From a virus (lineage: Duplodnaviria; Caudoviricetes): 64,000 nt of DNA. This document shows positions 34,599-43,753 of this stretch, in pieces (within the stretch, counting starts at the first letter, position 1; each line of letters starts with the position of its first letter). A program made the position numbers and the translations under genes. Below the pieces are notes generated by a model that made no database searches, had not been told where the DNA came from, and saw only the letters and a program-made list of their open reading frames with translations. The stretch lies in the IMG/VR virus record IMGVR_UViG_3300001525_000584, positions 32,001 through 96,000 of that record; one strand, 5' to 3'.

Positions 34599-36821
34599 GT
34601 GTTAGAATCGCTTAACGGAGTTAAATTTGAATATAAAAGACTAACAGAGTCTGAGCAAAAGGCTAGAGGCATTTTGGGTAGACTGGTTGGTCCTATTGCA
34701 GATTTTAAGAATCCTACACGTAACGGCAGAAAATATTCTGAGAAACTGTGGGAAAATGTCTTTGCAAATCCTATTATGCAGGAAAAGATTAAAAACCGAG
34801 TTTGTTTTGGTGAATTAGGTCATCCTGCAGATAGAACAGAGACTGATATAGAGAAGGTTGCTATTTGTCTTGCCGAGCAACCTAAAAAAGGAAAAGACGG
34901 TAAGATTTACGGAGTGTTTGATATTTTATCTACACCAAATGGTAAATTACTGAAGACGCTTTGTGATTATGGTTGTAACATCGGCATCAGTTCCAGAGGC
35001 CAGGGTGATTTAAGTACTGATGAAGATGGAGATGAAGCAGTTGATCCTGATACATATGATTGCGAATGTTGGGATGCTGTTTTAGTTCCCGGTGTTGAAA
35101 CGGCCAGATTAAAATATGTAAACGAGAGTTTAAATAAAACAAATAAGCTAAAGCTTGCATTAACAGAATCTTTAAATGCCGCAAGCGACGAGGCTAGAAG
35201 GGTGATGGAGGAAACTTTGAGTAACTTAAACATTCAGTTAAATGAAGCTGTTGCAAAAGAGTTTAAGTTGGATGACTGTGTTCAACTCAAAGATGCAGCT
35301 GAAGCAAAGGCACTGGCACAAAAGCTAAAAGCAAATTGGTCTTTTGGTGCTGATGAATCTTTAGGTGTTGATACGGGTGCAAAATGCTTTGAGATGTTTG
35401 TAAAAGAGATGGATCTTTACGTTTATGAAGATGGAAAAGATAGTCTTTGTTTCGGCATTAAAAAAGATGGTTCTGTATACGGTCCTTTTAATATAGACAG
35501 TGAAGTAGTTAAAGGTGTTAATATCAGTGTTAATTTGCCTGAGGCTATTAAAGAAGATTTAGAAGATAAGGACGAAGAAAAAGTAGATGAAGCAAAAAAG
35601 GATTCTGAAGAAGAATCTAAAGAGGAAAAATCTGAAGAAACAGAAGAAGTAGAAACTGTTGATTTTGGTGAATTATCTCCTTTAGATGTTCCCGAAGAGC
35701 CTGCTGAAGATGCCAAAAATGCAGAAGAAGCTCCCGAAGAAACTGCAGACGAAATTGAGGTTGCAGAAGTAGAAGAGCCTGAAGAAACAGAAGAAGAAAA
35801 ATCTGATGAAGAAATTTTCTTAGACTTTTTAGCGAATAATTTTGACGAAGATCAGGTTAAAGAGGTCGCAAAGATCTTAGACATCGAAATTGTTGATGAA
35901 GATGGTAACCCTGTTGAGGAAAAGCCTGAAGAAAATTCTGAAGAAGAAAATGCTGAAGAAGCAGAAGAAAAAACTGCAGAGTCCGATGAGGATTCTGAAG
36001 ATATAAATGGTGATGAAGAAGACGCTAATGAAGATGCTGAAAACGATGAAAAAGCCGTCGCGGAAGGATTTGCAAAGTTAGTAAGCAACTTAAAAGAAGC
36101 CCTCAAAGTAAGATCTGATTTAGAAGCTGAACTTAAAACGTTACAGGAAAAGTTGGCAGTTAGCGAGGCTAAGGTTAATAGTTCTGAGGCGAATAACACT
36201 AAGTTAAAAGAGGCTGTTATAAGGCTCTCCGCAGTAACTAAATCAAACAAAGATCTAAAAGAGAAAACTTCTGAATTAGATGAAACTTTAAAATCACGTG
36301 AAGACACTATAGCTAAACTGACCGAAAAATTAAAGCAAACAGAAAAATCTGTTCAAAGTCAAAAGCAGTTAAATGAAAACTTAGATTCACAAAAATCTAA
36401 AGTTACTGAGACTACTAAGGCTTTAAATGAACAAATAACCATTAATCAAAAGCAAAAAACAGAGATGCAGAGATTAACAGAGCAGGTTAATAAACAAACT
36501 TCTTTAAAGGAGAGTTATAAAAAATTAGCCAACAAAGCTGTTAATAAATACATCGATGTTAAAGCAGAAACACTCGGACTAACTCCTCAAGAGATCAAAC
36601 GCAAATTAGGTGAGTCCTACACTATGGAGGATGTTGATCAGGTTTGCGAAGATCTGAAAAAATACTATTTTGATGTAAGTAATTTACCTTTTCAAGCAAA
36701 TAGAAAAATAGGAGTTAGAGTCAACGAGAATGCCTCAAAAAAGCTGCCTCAAAACACTAATACAAATAGTGATGATGAAGTAGATGATTTACTTATGAAA
36801 ATGGCACGCTTTGGAGGTTAA
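34599..36821 (+). CDS. Prohead protease (gp21-like) fused to an acidic/coiled-coil scaffold
   Basis: 'NGRKYS', 'GELGHP', 'TPNG', 'GISSRGQG', 'WDAV..P' protease motifs; followed by an E-rich linker and coiled coil; directly before the capsid gene. Confidence 0.85.
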   Translation: MLESLNGVKFEYKRLTESEQKARGILGRLVGPIADFKNPTRNGRKYSEKLWENVFANPIMQEKIKNRVCFGELGHPADRTETDIEKVAICLAEQPKKGKDGKIYGVFDILSTPNGKLLKTLCDYGCNIGISSRGQGDLSTDEDGDEAVDPDTYDCECWDAVLVPGVETARLKYVNESLNKTNKLKLALTESLNAASDEARRVMEETLSNLNIQLNEAVAKEFKLDDCVQLKDAAEAKALAQKLKANWSFGADESLGVDTGAKCFEMFVKEMDLYVYEDGKDSLCFGIKKDGSVYGPFNIDSEVVKGVNISVNLPEAIKEDLEDKDEEKVDEAKKDSEEESKEEKSEETEEVETVDFGELSPLDVPEEPAEDAKNAEEAPEETADEIEVAEVEEPEETEEEKSDEEIFLDFLANNFDEDQVKEVAKILDIEIVDEDGNPVEEKPEENSEEENAEEAEEKTAESDEDSEDINGDEEDANEDAENDEKAVAEGFAKLVSNLKEALKVRSDLEAELKTLQEKLAVSEAKVNSSEANNTKLKEAVIRLSAVTKSNKDLKEKTSELDETLKSREDTIAKLTEKLKQTEKSVQSQKQLNENLDSQKSKVTETTKALNEQITINQKQKTEMQRLTEQVNKQTSLKESYKKLANKAVNKYIDVKAETLGLTPQEIKRKLGESYTMEDVDQVCEDLKKYYFDVSNLPFQANRKIGVRVNENASKKLPQNTNTNSDDEVDDLLMKMARFGG

Positions 36822-36858
36822 AACACATTTTCTATTTAAATTTTAGGAGAATTATTAT

Positions 36859-39800
36859 ATGAATATTTGCGAAGCTTATGCAAAAAAGCTATCTATCTCT
36901 GAGAAGGTTTATCAGCAAGAGCATGGTGGCCGTGCACTGTCCGAAAACAAAAAGCTTGCTATTGCACGCGTCCTGGCAAACACCTCTGAGTACATCACTG
37001 AGGCTTTTGAAAACTCCAGTGCAACTCAGCTGGCTAACATGAAGACCTACAAAAAATTTTGTCTCGATTTGACAACTGTAGCCCTTAAATGAGGAGGGGC
37101 GTTAAGCAGAAATGTTTAACGAGAGATTAATCATAAATAAATGATTAATCAAAACACACCTAACTCGGGGAAAAGCCTAAAATTATTCATTAAAATTTTA
37201 GGTTAATCGCCGAACTAAATTCAGGTTGAGATACCTGATAAATTGCGGAACGACTATCGAAAGCTATATAATAAATATGAAAATATTTATTTGAAAATAA
37301 GACATATAAAAAATGTACGAAGCGAGTAGAGTAGGACCTAAGTAGGTTCGAAAAGGTGTGGGACCATTTATTTGGTAAAAGAATAGTGGTTCGTGATATA
37401 GTCTCAACATTTATAGTAATATAAAGAGAGTAATTGGAAACGAATTATTCGTAAGAAAAGTTGTCCTTCATTAATTAGTAATGATTTAGTTATCGTATAT
37501 CCTATGAAGAGCAGAACCGGCTTTATTCAATATTAAGAATCTTAGTATTGCTCCACAGTGATGTGGATGAAAAAATAACCTCATTAAACGCTGGAAACCC
37601 CTAAAGCCTATAAAACCACAGCACAATTCGAAAGAATATTTGCGAAGGTTGCGAAAGCGGAAAAAATTTATAGGATGCATAAATGGTGTAAAACCTGCCT
37701 ATGCACTGCAGTAGATAAAAAGAATAATGGGCAATCAGCAAATAGAATTTATGAAAATTTTTTAATTAAAAAGTTTCTCCTAATTTTTAATTAAAGATTT
37801 GGTTTTCATAGATTCGTTTCAACGACTATCGAAAAGATATCTTAGAAGAAACATCTAAGAGAATAACTGAGTAGAGTAGAGATACGTTCTCAAAAGATGA
37901 GGCATCCGCCGAGGTTAATACAAAAGCGGATGATAATATAGTCTGAACATAGTAGAAATGCTATGAGTTTGGTATTACTGATAGATAATCAAACGCTGTA
38001 ACGTAAAAAAAGAAGTATTCTTTACAGAGGATCACATGGAACAAAAAATCACAAAAGAAGAAAAATGTCGCATGACCCAAAAGGGTCGGATGGTTATACA
38101 CAAAGGACATATAGAAAAACGTATATATCTTGAGCAGTTATTAGAGTATCAACAAAAGGGTTGGGAAAAGGGCACCTCCGAAAAGCATCGAGTTAATAGT
38201 GGTAAGGCGCATGTAGGTCATGAGCCTTGGAACAAAGGCACTAAAGGCGTTATGAAGGGCTCCAGTAGCACCTGGCGTAAAGGCCATGAACCCTGGAACA
38301 AAAACAAAAACCCCAGCACACTTATGCCTGAAGATATGCAGAACGCCATAGTACAGTATTATACTAATGAATGCAATTCTTTAGGTGCATGTGCGGAACA
38401 CTTTGGCCTTAAGATGTATACTGTATATACGATTTTAAAAGCCTGGGGAGCCGTGCGCACCACGTATCAAGCTTCTATAAATAGAACAGAAGAAACCCTA
38501 CGCATGAAGGCTTCAAAGGATTATTTAACCAGAAAGAAAAATAATACTTTTAGGTCCAGTCGTCCCGAAAATGCTTTGTATGAAGAACTATTAACGACAT
38601 ATAAACATAAAACTATATACCGGCAGTATAAAGAAGCTCGATATCCTTTTTATTGTGATTTTTATATTAAAGAAGATGATTTGTTTATTGAGTTAAATAA
38701 TCATTGGACCCATGGCGGGCATCCTTATAATCCAGAGAGTTTAGAAGATCAGCAGAAATTAGCTCAATGGACTGAAAAAGCAAAAACTTCTAAATTTTAT
38801 AAAAACGCTATTGAAGTGTGGACCGTTAGAGATGTTGCGAAACAACGTATAGCAAAAGAAAATAATTTAAACTATAAGGTTATCTATTAAGAATATTTAT
38901 GAATAACAAATTTGATAAGATTTGTGGCCGGGAGTGATAAGGGGGGCGTAAAGCGGGGCGACCTGTTCAGCGATCCCTTTAAGATGGGCAAGATGACAGA
39001 AGACCGTGTTCGTTACACTGGTGCTACTGTTGTCGAAACTGTTAAAGAAGATGGTAAAGTTGACTGGATGCAGAACGGCCGTGTTGGTTGTATGCAGAAC
39101 GGTGAATTTGTTGAAGGTAAAGTTGAGAAGCTGAATGATGGCGCAGAGAGTACCTTTGTTGCTGTCGCAGACCTGAAAAAGGACGATAAGGTTTCTTATA
39201 TTTATGACAACGTTATTATCCCTCAAAATGATATCCCTCAGTTAGTTGCAGAGGTCGATGGTATCGAGCTTGCAGCTAAAGCGCGGAGAATTGGTATTTA
39301 CTATTCTCAAATGGCAGCTTAACCTAAAGTTAGTAGAAACTTTAGAAAAGGCATTTTGCAAAGTGATTTGCAAAACAAGATCTCTCTAATTGCTGGAAAC
39401 CCCTAAAGCATATCCACCAAAGCAGAATGATGAAAAATGCATATATGTTATGGTTGCGAAAGTAGAAAAAACGGATATGATGAATCCAAGCTGCAAAGCT
39501 AAAGGTTCTTATCAAATGGGCAATCAAGCAGCCAAGGCTCGAATAGAGCAAGGTTCAACGACTAACCGCTCGCCACGGTGTAGAGTTCAAGTGAATTCGA
39601 AATGGGAGATATCTCTAAAACATAAAAAGTTTAGAGATAAAGATATAGTCTCGTCATCCTATGAAAATAGGAGGATTATGAAAATTAATCAACACATAGT
39701 AACGACATGTGTTTAAGATATACGTTCCAGGCAAAGACTGAGATGGGTATTGATCTTGGTGAAGTTCTGGCCACACAGGCGTGTGCGGAGCTCAGCTATA

Positions 39801-40668
39801 GAAAATTTGTAGCCTAATATAGTAATATATTAGTGAAAACCACGTGAACTCATGGAAACCCTGATAAGAATTGGTATCGCTTATCTGGCAATCATGATCT
39901 AAGGATTAGTCATTTTAAAATGATTAGTCAAAGAGCAACGACTATCGAAAGTATAGCGTAAAAGAAACATTTACGCGAATAAATGAGTAGAGTACGTCCC
40001 AAGTGGGATGGAAGTGCGTGGACTCCTATAGAGGTTAATACGATATAGGAGTATGATATAGTCTCATCGTATAACGAATACATAAGTTATAGAGAATAAT
40101 CGGAAACGGATTATTCGTAAGACAAATGGAAATTGATACTGAAATTGTTAAGATGCTCTGCGATAACGCAGGTGATCCGGAAAAGGATGCTGAGCTCATA
40201 GATGCGGGCTTAGTATGGTCCAAGACTCTTCCTGTTGGCGTTTCTAAGCGTGATCACTATGCAGGCTTTGCAGAAGTTATCGAAAGAGCTTCTCAGGTCA
40301 TTTATGATCGTACTCAAAAACACGCTGCAAACTATATGATCATCGCTTCTAATATTAAGCCTATTCTCGTCATGATGGAGGGCTTCAAAGCAGCTTCTAC
40401 TGCTAAGATCAACGGTCCTTATTATGCAGGTGAGTTGAATGGTGTTAAGGTTTATGTATCTCCTGCTATCGAGCCCGGCAAGTTCGTGCTCGGTTATAAT
40501 GGCGGTGATATGTTAACTTCTGCAGCTGTTTACTCCCCCTATATGGCCATCGTTCCTACGATGTTGTTAGGATTTGCAGACGGCGGTCAATCGCAAGGAT
40601 TTTCTGCCCTCTATGATCTAAAGATGCTCAATAAGTGTCTGCTAGTCGCGGGCAAAGTTATTGACTAA
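36859..40668 (+). CDS. Major capsid protein (gp23-like), five exons: 36859-37085, 37464-37533, 38915-39319, 39725-39799, 40129-40668; 438 aa spliced
   Basis: Exons sum to 1317 nt in one frame: ...TVAL|PSLISNDLVIVYPMKSRTGFIQY|IRFV...YSQMAA|FQAKTEMGIDLGEVLATQACAELSY|EIDTEIV...YAGELNG.KVYV...AVYSPY, all gp23-like motifs. Confidence 0.9.
37086..37463 (+). ncRNA. Group I intron 1 (378 nt)
   Basis: P1 gccct/ggggc with U-G; AACGACTA and GATATAGTCT core (P7); terminal G; P10 aatgagga with exon tccttcatt. Confidence 0.85.
37534..38914 (+). mobile_element. Group I intron 2 (1381 nt) carrying a homing endonuclease ORF
   Basis: P1 caatat/gtattg with U-G; AACGACTA and ATATAGTCT core; terminal G; P10 aatctta/taagatt. 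Confidence 0.88.
38036..38890 (+). CDS. Intron-encoded homing endonuclease, NUMOD-like repeats plus Vsr-like (EDxHD-type) nuclease
   Basis: GHEPWNK occurs twice; 'SRPE...CDFY...FIELNNHWTHG' resembles the Vsr/DUF559 fold; own GAGGA RBS; lies 3' of P7. Confidence 0.7.
   Translation: MEQKITKEEKCRMTQKGRMVIHKGHIEKRIYLEQLLEYQQKGWEKGTSEKHRVNSGKAHVGHEPWNKGTKGVMKGSSSTWRKGHEPWNKNKNPSTLMPEDMQNAIVQYYTNECNSLGACAEHFGLKMYTVYTILKAWGAVRTTYQASINRTEETLRMKASKDYLTRKKNNTFRSSRPENALYEELLTTYKHKTIYRQYKEARYPFYCDFYIKEDDLFIELNNHWTHGGHPYNPESLEDQQKLAQWTEKAKTSKFYKNAIEVWTVRDVAKQRIAKENNLNYKVIY
39320..39724 (+). ncRNA. Group I intron 3 (405 nt)
   Basis: GCTGGAAACCCC, GGCAATCAAGC, AACGACTA and AAGATATAGTCT cores; ends in G; removal restores the capsid frame. 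Confidence 0.85.
39800..40128 (+). ncRNA. Group I intron 4 (329 nt)
   Basis: P1 gctat/gtagc with U-G; AACGACTA and GATATAGTCT core; ends in G before GAAATT. Confidence 0.87.
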
Positions 40669-40684
40669 TACCCAAAATTAAAAA

Positions 40685-40714
40685 AATAAGGGCCTTTAGG
40701 GGCCTTTATTTTTA
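40685..40714 (+). terminator. Terminator after the capsid gene
   Basis: aataagggcc / ggcctttatt plus T run. Confidence 0.7.
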
Positions 40715-40738
40715 TCGATGTATATATAATAAACATCT

Positions 40739-40998
40739 TTATTTATTTAAAACTTCACCTGTTGTGGAACTAATTATTTTGCCTTTAAACTTTTTAAATC
40801 CATCAAAAGCATTCATTTTAGATAACTGTCTTTGATGATCTGCTGTATCATGAGGATTTATCCAACTAATTTTTACTCCTAATTTTCCTACGTCTCTAGG
40901 AGAATATGGAGACAGTTCATCTTCAGGATCTATAGTTGTAGCAGATATATTTAATTTTTCTTTATAAGTTTCTTTATCCCAGGGGAGTTTTTATACAT
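40739..40998 (-). pseudogene. Possible frameshifted minus-strand ORF (~86 codons)
   Basis: Open frame KLPWDKETYK...TTGEVLNK*; the ATG at 40998 is out of frame across an A5 run. Confidence 0.3.
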
Positions 40999-41042
40999 AG
41001 TTATTGTATAATCAAATAGAAAAACAGAGGAGGAGCTTATAT

Positions 41043-42095
41043 ATGTTACCTACTTTTCAGGATTATACTATTAAAAATATTTTAGGGACTGTTGAAGAAG
41101 AATATTTAAAAGAATATCAAATTTTAACAAAAGCACTTCAGGAACTTTATGATTTGCCCAAAACTTCTTTAGATAAGCCCTATCTCTTAGTTAAATATAG
41201 TGTATATGAACAAAAAGAGCTTCTGGAAAAACTTTTAGCTCGTAATAAAGTCTCAGCTCTTAATAATAAACAGTTTCTAGTCATTTTAGATTCTGTTAAA
41301 GGTTTTTATGTCGGAAGAGGTTATAAAGAAGTTTCTATTCGTTGCCATTTTGGAAACTCTGAAAAATCTTTTACTACAACTTTGCCTACTTTATTAGGCC
41401 CTGACTTTACAGAATGGTCTGTTAACATAAATTTTAAATGCATTGATAAAATCAGACATTTGGAAAGTAAATTAGCTGATTTGCAAAAGATTATAATGCA
41501 GTCTAATAAGAAAATAGATAAAGCTTTTTTTGAACAAATTCGGATGCATCCTCAGCTCGTGCAGGAAGCGCTTACAGGCAAAACGCATAGTTCTAATGAT
41601 ATTAATAGAAAAAAGTCTTATAACATTATTTTAACTCCTGAAGAAGAAAAGACTCTTATAGCCTGGGCCAGTAAATATATTTATGCTATTCATCTTTACT
41701 GTGTAAAAGGTGGCAGATCTGAATATATTTTAAAGCAGGCTGGTATATCTCCTGAAAACTACAGAGCCAGAGAACCCAAAATGAATGATGAAGGAAAATG
41801 TATCTCTAAAGATAATGTTTCTGGCGAGGTTGATTTTTGGGATGTTTCTACAGCGCCTTTAGACATTATTAAAAAAGCATGTAACATTAAATCAGATAAT
41901 GTATTTAGATTTTCCGGTGATCCTCAGGACCCCGGCATAGCACGTCTCTGCAGTGTTGAATTTGCAAAATACTTAATTATTAAATATGGTAAATACGGCT
42001 TTAAAGGACAAAAAAAGGACCTCTTTACTGAGATCGATCATATGGAACTTTGTGTCTTATTAGACATGAAAACAGAGTCTTTGAAAAACGTTTAA
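41043..42095 (+). CDS. Hypothetical protein
   Basis: Long ORF; GAGGAGG RBS before ATG 41043. Confidence 0.6.
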   Translation: MLPTFQDYTIKNILGTVEEEYLKEYQILTKALQELYDLPKTSLDKPYLLVKYSVYEQKELLEKLLARNKVSALNNKQFLVILDSVKGFYVGRGYKEVSIRCHFGNSEKSFTTTLPTLLGPDFTEWSVNINFKCIDKIRHLESKLADLQKIIMQSNKKIDKAFFEQIRMHPQLVQEALTGKTHSSNDINRKKSYNIILTPEEEKTLIAWASKYIYAIHLYCVKGGRSEYILKQAGISPENYRAREPKMNDEGKCISKDNVSGEVDFWDVSTAPLDIIKKACNIKSDNVFRFSGDPQDPGIARLCSVEFAKYLIIKYGKYGFKGQKKDLFTEIDHMELCVLLDMKTESLKNV

Positions 42096-42195
42096 GGATG
42101 CTTATTAAAAGGAGGTGCTTTTCACATCTCCTTTATTTTCGTGCTAAATTATCAAAGTAAAATACATCATAAAAAATTAGTGAGGATTTAGTCTT

Positions 42196-42810
42196 ATGTT
42201 AAATGATAAATATATAAATGAAGATGAACAAATAGAAGAAGAGTATTTGGACGAGACTTATTCTGATGATGAATTAGATGATTTAGTAGGCAATGTATAT
42301 AACCTTCAAAAAATTCAGGACTGGTATAGAAAAGAAAAATATGGAGCGCCTCGACTTTATGCGAAATGTGTTTGTATAAACTGTGGGCGTGAAAAGTCTG
42401 TTTTCTTATCTAATTTGATAAATGATCCTGAGAAGTTTGGTTCCTGCGTCTGTAGTGAAGAAAATGTAGATGCACAAATAGATTATGCGCAGTCTTTATA
42501 TACAGGCGGTAGAAAATTATCTTCTAATACTTCTGGATATACAGGTGTAACTTATGTAAAGACTTATTCAGGACAACCTTATGATAAATGGCGTGCTTAT
42601 ATAGAAGTAGATGGAAAAAGAACTTATTTAGGCGATTTTGATTTGAAAAAAGACGCCATAGCTGCACGTAAAGCTGCTGCTGAAAATGGGGTAAAATGGT
42701 ATAAAGAAAACAGAAACAAAATTCTCAGAGATAAAAGAAGAAAAACTAAAAAGTTCAAAAATTCTAAATATAGAGATTCTAAGAGAAAAACTGTAAACGT
42801 TAAAAAATAA
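42196..42810 (+). CDS. AP2 DNA-binding domain protein with Zn-ribbon (HNH-AP2-like but without HNH)
   Basis: 'NTSGYTGV...KWRAYI...YLGDF...AIAARKAA' AP2 signature; CVCINCG...SC.C. Confidence 0.75.
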   Translation: MLNDKYINEDEQIEEEYLDETYSDDELDDLVGNVYNLQKIQDWYRKEKYGAPRLYAKCVCINCGREKSVFLSNLINDPEKFGSCVCSEENVDAQIDYAQSLYTGGRKLSSNTSGYTGVTYVKTYSGQPYDKWRAYIEVDGKRTYLGDFDLKKDAIAARKAAAENGVKWYKENRNKILRDKRRKTKKFKNSKYRDSKRKTVNVKK

Positions 42811-42841
42811 ATATCTCTGAATCGGAGGTTGGATTTTTGTT

Positions 42842-43117
42842 ATGAACAAAATAGGAGAAAAACAGTGCGAAGATATCTTATCATCTTTTGCTTGGGATAG
42901 CACCGGCTATGAGGAAAGTAGCGGTATCAGAGCTAGGGAGCGAGAAGACTCCCACGTTTTCTATTTCCGTGATTGGTTTAACATCGTGACTGCTCGCGGT
43001 CTGCGAGAAGGCAGATGCTTCCGCATCTACGAAAACTCTTTTTCTCGGAAAAGAAACAAGTTCGATGAGGACGGATGTGTATCTTTGTGTGCACGCACTC
43101 GAGACATGTTTGAATAA
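42842..43117 (+). CDS. Hypothetical protein
   Basis: GGAGG RBS upstream; 91 aa. Confidence 0.4.
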   Translation: MNKIGEKQCEDILSSFAWDSTGYEESSGIRAREREDSHVFYFRDWFNIVTARGLREGRCFRIYENSFSRKRNKFDEDGCVSLCARTRDMFE

Positions 43118-43200
43118 AGTGACCCGCACGTAGCGAGTGAACTATTTTTATTAAAAATAAATGTATAATATAACATCTCATATAGGAGGTGGTTATATTT

Positions 43201-43644
43201 ATGAATGAAGAAGTAACTCAGGAAACTGTAGAAGAGCCTGTAAAAGAAGATAAAAAAGAAGTAAAAAAGGATTTGTCAGTAGACGTTGCTTTGCGTTTGC
43301 AGCAGTTGGCTAATTTAAATTCTGCCATTATTGCACGTACAGAGGCTTTGGTGCTCGTATCTAATATATTAAAAGCTTTTCTCGATGTACGTCAACAGGA
43401 TTCACGCATGAAACTATCGGATGCTGAAGTAGAAGCTATGCAAAATGTTTTAAGTGGCTTTGAAAAAGATGTAAATGACTGGAGACTTAATCTTATTAAG
43501 AGTACAGGTTTAAGTGAACTTTTGCAAACTGAAAAAATAGAAGAGCCCGAGGAAACCGAGAAGGTCGAAGGTGCTGCAGAACCGGAAAAGGTTTCTGAAA
43601 ATGTAGAAACTCCAGAAAAAGAGAAAACTGAAGAAGAAAAGTAA
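43201..43644 (+). CDS. Hypothetical acidic protein
   Basis: AGGAGG RBS; TGTATA motif upstream; terminator downstream. Confidence 0.6.
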   Translation: MNEEVTQETVEEPVKEDKKEVKKDLSVDVALRLQQLANLNSAIIARTEALVLVSNILKAFLDVRQQDSRMKLSDAEVEAMQNVLSGFEKDVNDWRLNLIKSTGLSELLQTEKIEEPEETEKVEGAAEPEKVSENVETPEKEKTEEEK

Positions 43645-43654
43645 ATGTATAAAA

Positions 43655-43689
43655 ATAAAAGCCTCTTTATTAGGAGGCTTTTATTTTTT
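43655..43689 (+). terminator. Terminator (near-identical copy at ~46521-46553)
   Basis: aataaaagcctc / gaggcttttatt. Confidence 0.75.
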
Positions 43690-43753
43690 ATAGACTTCTA
43701 TAAAGAGTAGCAGTGTATATTTAAAATAGAAAAACAAAAAGGAGATTTAAATC

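Noticed and set aside
39390-39716. 108-aa ORF in the track
   Set aside because: Lies wholly within the catalytic core of intron 3, with no RBS or recognisable motifs
38912-40668. ORFs 36859, 38912 and 40126 as separate genes or a capsid pseudogene
   Set aside because: They are exons; the apparent TTG/ATG starts include the terminal G of the preceding intron
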